Source: an uncultured Bacteroidales bacterium | Lineage (GTDB): Bacteria; Bacteroidota; Bacteroidia; Bacteroidales; VadinHA17 | DNA length: 64,000 bases | Reading direction: 5' to 3' | Assembly (NCBI GenBank): GCA_963725785.1 | Contig: CAVRZV010000009.1 | Coordinates: 1,667 to 65,666 of the forward strand | In this document: piece by piece, positions 1 to 10,300 of the stretch | Layout of the letters: every line of letters begins with the position of its first letter | Position numbering within the stretch: the stretch's first letter is position 1 | Position numbers and translations under genes: made by a program | The notes under the pieces: generated by a model | The model's database searches: none | What the model saw: only the letters and a program-made list of their open reading frames with translations | What the model was told of the DNA's origin: nothing

Positions 1-3000
1 GGGGCTAACCCATCTGTTTGTTCTGGAGCCACGGCAGCTAACCTCACGTATAGTGCCACGACAGGTACTCCCAATCAGTATAGTATAGTCTATAGTGCAG
101 CAGCACTGACAGCAGGCTTTGTCAATGTGACTAATGCAGCGTTACCAGTTAGTCCTATCGTTATGGTAGTACCGGCAGCAGCACCGGCAGCAGTCTACAC
201 CGGCACACTCACTGTGACCAACAGTGTTACTGGCTGTGTCAGCGGGACGTATGCTATTGGCGTCACAGTCAATGCTAATCCTACTATCACCCTTGGGGCT
301 AACCCATCTGTTTGTTCTGGAGCCACGGCAGCTAACCTCACGTATAGTGCCACGACAGGTACTCCCAATCAGTATAGTATAGTCTATAGTGCAGCAGCAC
401 TGACAGCAGGCTTTGTCAATGTGACTAATGCAGTGTTACCAGTTAGTCCTATCGTTATGGTAGTACCGGCAGCAGCACCGGCAGCAGTCTACACCGGCAC
501 ACTTACTGTGACCAACAGTGTTACTGGCTGTGTCAGCGGGACGTATGCTATTGGCGTCACAGTCAATGCTAATCCTACTATCACCCTGGGGGCTAACCCA
601 TCTGTTTGTTCTGGAGCCACGGCAGCTAACCTCACGTATAGTGCCACGACAGGTACTCCCAATCAGTATAGTATAGTCTATAGTGCAGCAGCACTGACAG
701 CAGGCTTTGTCAATGTGACTAATGCAGCGTTACCAGTTAGTCCTATCGTTATGGTAGTACCGGCAGCAGCACCGGCAGCAGTCTACACCGGCACACTCAC
801 TGTGACCAACAGTGTTACTGGCTGTGTCAGCGGGACGTATGCTATTGGCGTCACAGTCAATGCTAATCCTACTATCACCCTGGGGGCTAACCCATCTGTT
901 TGTTCTGGAGCCACGGCAGCTAACCTCACGTATAGTGCCACGACAGGTACTCCCAATCAGTATAGTATAGTCTATAGTGCAGCAGCACTGACAGCAGGCT
1001 TTGTCAATGTGACTAATGCAGTGTTACCAGTTAGTCCTATCGTTATGGTAGTACCGGCAGCAGCACCGGCAGCAGTCTACACCGGCACACTTACTGTGAC
1101 CAACAGTGTTACTGGCTGTGTCAGCGGGACGTATGCTATTGGCGTCACAGTCAATGCTAATCCTACTATCACCCTGGGGGCTAACCCATCTGTTTGTTCT
1201 GGAGCCACGGCAGCTAACCTCACGTATAGTGCCACGACAGGTACTCCCAATCAGTATAGTATAGTCTATAGTGCAGCAGCACTGACAGCAGGCTTTGTCA
1301 ATGTGACTAATGCAGTGTTACCAGTTAGTCCTATCGTTATGGTAGTACCGGCAGCAGCACCGGCAGCAGTCTACACCGGCACACTCACTGTGACCAACAG
1401 TGTTACTGGCTGTGTCAGCGGGACGTATGCTATTGGCGTCACAGTCAATGCTAATCCTACTATCACCCTGGGGGCTAACCCATCTGTTTGTTCTGGAGCC
1501 ACGGCAGCTAACCTCACGTATAGTGCCACGACAGGTACTCCCAATCAGTATAGTATAGTCTATAGTGCAGCAGCACTGACAGCAGGCTTTGTCAATGTGA
1601 CTAATGCAGTGTTACCAGTTAGTCCTATCGTTATGGTAGTACCGGCAGCAGCACCGGCAGCAGTCTACACCGGCACACTTACTGTGACCAACAGTGTTAC
1701 TGGCTGTGTCAGCGGGACGTATGCTATTGGCGTCACAGTCAATGCTAATCCTACTATCACCCTGGGGGCTAACCCGTCTGTTTGTTCTGGAGCCACGGCA
1801 GCTAACCTCACGTATAGTGCCACGACAGGTACTCCCAATCAGTATAGTATAGTCTATAGTGCAGCAGCACTGACAGCAGGTTTTGTCAATGTGACTAATG
1901 CAGTGTTACCAGTTAGTCCTATCGTTATGGTAGTACCGGCAGCAGCACCGGCAGCAGTCTACACCGGCACACTTACTGTGACCAACAGTGTTACTGGCTG
2001 TGTCAGCGGGACGTATGCTATTGGCGTCACAGTCAATGCTAATCCTACTATCACCCTTGGGGCTAACCCATCTGTTTGTTCTGGAGCCACGGCAGCTAAC
2101 CTCACGTATAGTGCCACGACAGGTACTCCCAATCAGTATAGTATAGTCTATAGTGCAGCAGCACTGACAGCAGGCTTTGTCAATGTGACTAATGCAGTGT
2201 TACCAGTTAGTCCTATCGTTATGGTAGTACCGGCAGCAGCACCGGCAGCAGTCTACACCGGCACACTTACTGTGACCAACAGTGTTACTGGCTGTGTCAG
2301 CGGGACGTATGCTATTGGCGTCACAGTCAATGCTAATCCTACTATCACCCTGGGGGCTAACCCATCTGTTTGTTCTGGCGCCACGGCAGCTAACCTCACG
2401 TATAGTGCCACGACAGGTACTCCCAATCAGTATAGTATAGTCTATAGTGCAGCAGCACTGACAGCAGGCTTTGTCAATGTGACTAATGCAGTGTTACCAG
2501 TTAGTCCTATCGTTATGGTAGTACCGGCAGCAGCACCGGCAGCAGTCTACACCGGCACACTCACTGTGACCAACAGTGTTACTGGCTGTGTCAGCGGGAC
2601 GTATGCTATTGGCGTCACAGTCAATGCTAATCCTACTATCACCCTGGGGGCTAACCCGTCTGTTTGTTCTGGAGCCACGGCAGCTAACCTCACGTATAGT
2701 GCCACGACAGGTACTCCCAATCAGTATAGTATAGTCTATAGTGCAGCAGCACTGACAGCAGGCTTTGTCAATGTGACTAATGCAGTGTTACCAGTTAGTC
2801 CTATCGTTATGGTAGTACCGGCAGCAGCACCGGCAGCAGTCTACACCGGCACACTTACTGTGACCAACAGTGTTACTGGCTGTGTCAGCGGGACGTATGC
2901 TATTGGCGTCACAGTCAATGCTAATCCTACTATCACCCTGGGAGCTAACCCATCTGTTTGTTCTGGAGCCACGGCAGCTAACCTCACGTATAGTGCCACG

Positions 3001-4380
3001 ACAGGTACTCCCAATCAGTATAGTATAGTCTATAGTGCAGCAGCACTGACAGCAGGCTTTGTCAATGTGACTAATGCAGCGTTACCAGTTAGTCCTATCG
3101 TTATGGTAGTACCGGCAGCAGCACCGGCAGCAGTCTACACCGGCACACTCACTGTGACCAACAGTGTTACTGGCTGTGTCAGCGGGACGTATGCTATTGG
3201 CGTCACAGTCAATGCTAATCCTACTATCACCCTGGGGGCTAACCCATCTGTTTGTTCTGGAGCCACGGCAGCTAACCTCACGTATAGTGCCACGACAGGT
3301 ACTCCCAATCAGTATAGTATAGTCTATAGTGCAGCAGCACTGACAGCAGGTTTTGTCAATGTGACTAATGCAGTGTTACCAGTTAGTCCTATCGTTATGG
3401 TAGTACCGGCAGCAGCACCGGCAGCAGTCTACACCGGCACACTCACTGTGACCAACAGTGTTACTGGCTGTGTCAGCGGGACGTATGCTATTGGCGTCAC
3501 AGTCAATGCTAATCCTACTATCACCCTGGGGGCTAACCCATCTGTTTGTTCTGGAGCCACGGCAGCTAACCTCACGTATAGTGCCACGACAGGTACTCCC
3601 AATCAGTATAGTATAGTCTATAGTGCAGCAGCACTGACAGCAGGCTTTGTCAATGTGACTAATGCAGTGTTACCAGTTAGTCCTATCGTTATGGTAGTAC
3701 CGGCAGCAGCACCGGCAGCAGTCTACACCGGCACACTTACTGTGACCAACAGTGTTACTGGCTGTGTCAGCGGGACGTATGCTATTGGCGTCACAGTCAA
3801 TGCTAATCCTACTATCACCCTGGGGGCTAACCCATCTGTTTGTTCTGGAGCCACGGCAGCTAACCTCACGTATAGTGCCACGACAGGTACTCCCAATCAG
3901 TATAGTATAGTCTATAGTGCAGCAGCACTGACAGCAGGTTTTGTCAATGTGACTAATGCAGTGTTACCAGTTAGTCCTATCGTTATGGTAGTACCGGCAG
4001 CAGCACCGGCAGCAGTCTACACCGGCACACTCACTGTGACCAACAGTGTTACTGGCTGTGTCAGCGGGACGTATGCTATTGGCGTCACAGTCAATGCTAA
4101 TCCTACTATCACCCTGGGGGCTAACCCATCTGTTTGTTCTGGAGCCACGGCAGCTAACCTCACGTATAGTGCCACGACAGGTACTCCCAATCAGTATAGT
4201 ATAGTCTATAGTGCAGCAGCACTGACAGCAGGCTTTGTCAATGTGACTAATGCAGCGTTACCAGTTAGTCCTATCGTTATGGTAGTACCGGCAGCAGCAC
4301 CGGCAGCAGTCTACACCGGCACACTCACTGTGACCAACAGTGTTACTGGCTGTGTCAGCGGGACGTATGCTATTGGCGTA
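1..4380 (+). repeat. Tandem array, 294-bp (98-codon) unit, about 15 copies, near-identical; truncated by the window edge
   Basis: Unit starts at 1, 295, 589 ... 4117. Copies differ only at about seven biallelic positions (gcg/gtg, ctc/ctt, ctt/ctg, cca/ccg, ggc/ggt, gga/ggc, ggg/gga). Confidence 0.95.
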
Positions 4381-7300
4381 ACAGTCAATGTATTACCATC
4401 ACCGACATTTACAACACAACCCGGGGCAACAACTTGTTCCAACACTGATGTAACTTATACTACACAGCCAGGTCACACAAACTATATCTGGACGTTTACA
4501 GGGATTTTAGGTAGTGATTATACTATAACATCAGGAGGTACAATCGCTGATAATACTGTAATCCTGCAATGGTTAACTGCCGGAAGCAAAACAGTAAGCA
4601 TTAATTACACCAATGCATTCGGGTGTACTTCAGTATCAGCTGTATCATCGACACCCACATTGGTTAGTATAATACCTGCAGTTGCAAATGCTGGTTCCGA
4701 TCAGACAGGAGCAGCTACGTGTGGATTGACAATAGTCACATTAGCGGGTAATACTCCTGTGACAGGATCAGGTTCCTGGAGTATTGTAAGTGGAATTGGC
4801 GGTATAATAACTGCGCCAACCAGCCCTTCAAGTACCTTTACCGGAACTGCAGGAGTAACTTATGTATTAAGGTGGACTATAACAAATGCACCATGTGCAC
4901 CTTCTACCGACGATGTTACAATTACTTTTAATCAAAATCCATCAGTTGCAAATGCAGGACTCGATCAGACCGGTCCACCAATGTGCGGATTAACCAGTAC
5001 AACATTAACTGCAAGTACGCCAACAGTTGGAACGGGATTATGGACAATAACAGGAGGTGCAGGTGGTACTGTTGCAAATCCAACCAGTCCAACCAGTACA
5101 TTTACAGGAACTGCAGGAACCGCATATGTTCTTCGCTGGACAGTAAGTAATCCTCCTTGTATTGATTCATTTGATGATGTCAATATTACCTTCCATCAGA
5201 ATCCTACTATAGCTAATGCAGGTCCTGATATGACGGGCGCAGCAACTTGCGGTTTAACGACTGTTACTCTTGCCGCCAATAATCCGGCTATAGGTGTTGG
5301 TGTATGGTCAATTATTAGTGGAACAGGTGGATCTTTCACTGATGCTTCATTAAGCAATACAACTTTTGCTGGTACTGCTGGCAATTCATATACATTACGC
5401 TGGACAATTACAAATCCTCCATGTCTGCAATCATTTGATGATGTTGTTATTACGTTTAATCAAAATCCAACCATCGCTAATGCAGGCGCTGATCAGGCCG
5501 GTGCAAGTACATGCGGGCTGACAACTGTCACACTCTCTGGAAATAATCCGACTATTGGAACTGGTGTGTGGACAATATTCAGCGGAACCGGAGGTTCATT
5601 TGCAAATGCTTCTTTGTTTAATACAACATTTTCAGGTTTGGCAGGGAATACCTACATCCTGCGTTGGACCATATCGAATGCACCCTGTACGCCATCTTCT
5701 GATGATGTTATAATTACTTTTAACCAGAATCCGACTTCTGCAAATGCAGGTCCGGATCAGGTAGGGGTTACAACATGCGGACTTACCACAGTTACTCTTG
5801 CTGGAAACAGTCCGGCAATTGGAACCGGAGCATGGTCAATTCAAAGTGGCAGCGGCGGGTCATTTGCTGATGCAACCTTATTTAATACAACTTTCAGCGG
5901 TTCATCTGGAACAACATATGTTTTGCGCTGGACAATAAATAATGCTCCCTGTTTACCAACAGTTGATGATGTAACTGTTACGTTCAGTGTGAGTCCATCG
6001 ACTGCAAACGCAGGACCGGATCAGACTGGATTGTCAACTTGCGGCATAACAACAGTAACTTTAGCCGCTAATACACCTGTTGTTGGTACCGGAGTCTGGA
6101 GTATTGTAAGCGGAACAGGTGGAACTGTTACAACCCCAACCAGTCCTACAAGTACCTTTACAGGAACTGCCGGCACAGCTTATACTCTGCGCTGGACAAT
6201 TTCCAATGCCCCTTGTTTAGCATCTACTGATGATGTCAATATCACATTTAACCAGAACCCAACTACAGCTAATGCAGGTCCTGATCAAACAGATGCAGCT
6301 ACCTGTGGCCTGACAACAGTATCGTTGGCAGCAAATGCTCCGGTTGTTGGTTCAGGAATATGGAGCATTGTAAGTGGAACTGGCGGAACTGTAGCTACTC
6401 CGGCAAGTCCAACAAGTACCTTTACAGGGACGGCAGGAACTTCATATACTCTGCGTTGGACTATAACAAATGCTCCTTGCGGATCATCAACCGATGATGT
6501 TGTTATTACCTTTAACCAGAATCCAACAATAGCTAATGCTGGTCCAGATCAGACAGGAATATCGACCTGTGGAATTACAACAGTTACTTTAGCAGCGAAC
6601 GCTCCTGTTGCAGGTACCGGAGCATGGAGTATTGTCATCGGAGCTGGCGGTTCAGTAACAATTCCGACCAGTCCTGTGAGCACATTTACAGGAGTTGCAG
6701 GAACTGCTTATACTTTACGTTGGACCATAACTAATCTTCCATGCGGCATATCAACCGATGATGTAAATATTACATTTAACCAGAATCCAACAACGGCCAA
6801 CGCAGGACCTGATCAGACAGGGGTTTCTACCTGCGGATTGACTTCAGTTACTCTTGCGGCTAACACTCCTGCAACAGGAGCAGGGGTCTGGAGCATAATA
6901 GGAGGAACAGGAGGTACCATCGCGATCCCGACAAGTCCTGTAAGTACTTTCACAGGTACAGCGGGGACAACGTATACTTTGCGATGGACCATTACAAGTG
7001 CGCCTTGCGGAACTTCGACTGACGATGTGAACATTACTTTTAATGAGAATCCGACAGTTGCCAATGCTGGCGCTGATCAGACCGGTTTAGGGATGTGCGG
7101 AGTAACTATAACTACTCTGACGGCCAATGCTCCTGTAATAGGGACCGGAAGCTGGAGTATAATAAGTGGTACAGGAGGAAATGTTACTTCCGCCAATAGT
7201 CCTACAAGTACATTTACAGGGCTAGCTGGAAATTCATACGTTCTGAGATGGACGATCGTTAATCCTCCATGTGCACTCTCATCAGATGATGTCACAATTA

Positions 7301-10300
7301 CCTTTAACCTTACACCGTCACCGACATTCACTGCTCAGCCGGGCGGAACATCATGTGCAGGTACAGATGTTACTTACACTACCCAGGCAGGACAGTCAAA
7401 TTATGTATGGACATTCAGTGGAGTTCTGGGTACAGACTACAGCATTACTTCCGGAGGCTTATTAACTGACAACACTGTTATCTTAAAATGGCTTACCGCA
7501 GGAAGTAAAACAGTTAGTGTTAATTACTCAAATACAGCTGGATGCACAGCACTATCCGCTACTTCATCAACACCGACAATAGTGAGTGCATTACTTCCTG
7601 TAAGTGTCACGATAGCAGCAGATGCAAATCCAGTCTGTGCTGGCACTACAGTTATCTTTACAGCTACTCCGACCAACGGAGGAGCAGCCCCTGTTTACCA
7701 GTGGAAGGTTAACGGAGTCAATGCGGGAGTGAATGCAGCTACCTATTCATACATACCATTAACAGGCGATGTAGTGACGGTAGATCTTACTTCGAATGCA
7801 GTATGTCCGACAGGTAATCCTGCAACCTCTGCTCCGGTTACCATGACGGTCAACCCATCGCTTCCAGTCAGTGTCACGATAGCAGCAGATGCAAATCCAG
7901 TCTGTGCAGGTACGACAGTTAACTTTACAGCTACTCCGACCAATGGAGGAGCCGCCCCTGTTTACCAGTGGAAGGTTAACGGAGTTAATTCGGGAGTCAA
8001 TGCAGCTACCTATTCATACATACCATTAACAGGCGATGTTGTGACGGTAGATCTTACTTCGAATGCAGTATGTCCGACTGGCAGTCCTGCAACCTCTGCA
8101 CCAGTTGCCATGACGGTCAACCCATTGCTTCCAGTCAGTGTCACGATAGCAGCAGATGCAAATCCAGTCTGTACAGGTACGACGGTTAACTTTACAGCTA
8201 CTCCGACCAACGGAGGAGCCGCCCCTGTTTACCAGTGGAAGGTTAACGGAGTCAATGCGGGAGTGAATGCAGCTACCTATTCATACATACCATTAACAGG
8301 CGATGTTGTGACGGTAGATCTTACTTCGAATGCAGTATGTCCGACAGGTAATCCTGCAACCTCTGCACCGGTTACCATGACGGTCAACCCATTGCTTCCA
8401 GTCAGTGTCACGATAGCAGCAGATGCAAATCCAGTCTGTGCAGGCACGACAGTTAACTTTACAGCTACTCCAACTAATGGAGGAGCAGCTCCTGTTTACC
8501 AGTGGAAGGTTAACGGAGTCAATGCGGGAGTGAATGCAGCTACCTATTCATACATACCTTTGACAGGCGATGTTGTTACGGTAGATCTTACTTCGAATGC
8601 AGTATGTCCGACAGGCAATCCTGCAACCTCTGCTCCGGTTACCATGACGGTCAACCCATTGCTTCCAGTAAGTGTCACGATAGCAGCAGATGCAAATCCA
8701 GTCTGTGCAGGCACGACGGTTAACTTTACAGCTACTCCGACCAATGGAGGAGCCGCCCCTGTTTACCAGTGGAAGGTTAACGGAGTCAATGCGGGAGTCA
8801 ATGCAGCTACCTATTCATACATACCATTAACAGGCGATGTTGTGACGGTAGATCTTACTTCGAATGCAGTATGTCCGACTGGCAGTCCTGCAACCTCTGC
8901 ACCAGTTACCATGACGGTCAACCCATTACTTCCAGTCAGTGTCACGATAGCAGCAGATGCAAATCCAGTCTGTGCAGGCACGACAGTTAACTTTACAGCT
9001 ACTCCGACCAACGGAGGAGCCGCCCCTGTTTACCAGTGGAAGGTTAACGGAGTCAATGCGGGAGTGAATGCAGCTACCTATTCATACATACCATTAACAG
9101 GCGATGTTGTGACGGTAGATCTTACTTCGAATGCTGTATGTCCGACAGGTAATCCTGCAACCTCTGCACCGGTTACCATGACGGTCAACCCATTGCTTCC
9201 AGTCAGTGTCACGATAGCAGCAGATGCAAATCCAGTCTGCGCGGGCACGACAGTTAACTTTACAGCTACTCCGACTAATGGAGGAGCAGCTCCTGTTTAC
9301 CAGTGGAAGGTTAACGGAGTCAATGCGGGAGTGAATGCAGCTACCTATTCATACATACCTTTAACAGGCGATGTTGTTACGGTAGATCTTACTTCGAATG
9401 CAGTATGTCCGACAGGCAATCCTGCAACCTCTGCTCCGGTTACCATGACGGTCAACCCATTGCTTCCAGTAAGTGTCACGATAGCAGCAGATGCAAATCC
9501 AGTCTGTACAGGCACAACGGTTAACTTTACAGCTACTCCGACCAATGGAGGAGCAGCTCCTGTTTACCAGTGGAAGGTTAACGGAGTCAATGCGGGAGTC
9601 AATGCAGCTACCTATTCATATATACCATTAACAGGCGATGTAGTGACGGTAGATCTTACTTCGAATGCAGTATGTCCGACAGCCAATCCTGCAACTTCTG
9701 CTCCGGTTACCATGACGGTCAATCTGTCTCTTCCTGTCAGTGTCCTTGTAGCAGCAGATGCAAATCCTGTTTGTGCAGGCACGACGGTTAACTTTACAGC
9801 TACTCCGACTAATGGAGGAGCCGCCCCTGTTTACCAGTGGAAGGTTAACGGAGTTAATGCGGGATTGAATGCAGCTACCTATTCATACATACCATTAACA
9901 GGCGATGTAGTTACGGTGGAACTTACTTCGAATTCAGTATGTGCTACGGGTAATCCTGCAGCTTCTGCACCGGTTACCATGACGGTCAACCCATTACTTC
10001 CAGTAAGTGTCACGATAGCAGCAGATGCAAATCCAGTCTGTGCAGGCACAACGGTTAACTTTACAGCTACTCCGACCAATGGAGGAGCAGCTCCCGTTTA
10101 CCAGTGGAAGGTTAACGGAGTCAATGCGGGATTGAATGCAGCTACCTATTCATACATACCATTAACAGGCGATGTTGTGACGGTAGATCTTACTTCGAAT
10201 GCAGTATGTCCGACAGGCAATCCTGCAACCTCTGCTCCGGTTACTATGACAGTCAACCCTTCACCCACTGTTACGACTACACAGGTTGATGTTATCTGTT

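Noticed and set aside
127-129. Start codon of the first ORF as given in the track
   Set aside because: It is a GTG inside a repeat unit. The frame is open back to nt 1 and the preceding 126 nt encode the end of another identical unit, so the gene starts outside the window.
1-4380. Regularly spaced repeats (also at 36377-39016) as a possible CRISPR array
   Set aside because: The units are contiguous with no unique spacers and are 255-294 bp long. They are in frame (multiples of 3) and translate into Ig-like domains of one long ORF. No cas genes are present.
1-4380. Diversity-generating retroelement or targeted hypervariation of the repeats
   Set aside because: Only about seven biallelic sites are present, almost all synonymous. 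There is no adenine-specific pattern, no template repeat and no reverse transcriptase in the window.
4965-10079. Series of 62-84 aa minus-strand ORFs inside the first adhesin gene (for example 7743, 8010, 8544, 8811, 9345, 9879)
   Set aside because: They recur with the period of the sense-strand repeats and lie wholly antisense to a long, clearly coding frame. They exist only because the Thr/Ala/Gly/Val-rich codons lack antisense stops. They are artefacts of repeat composition.
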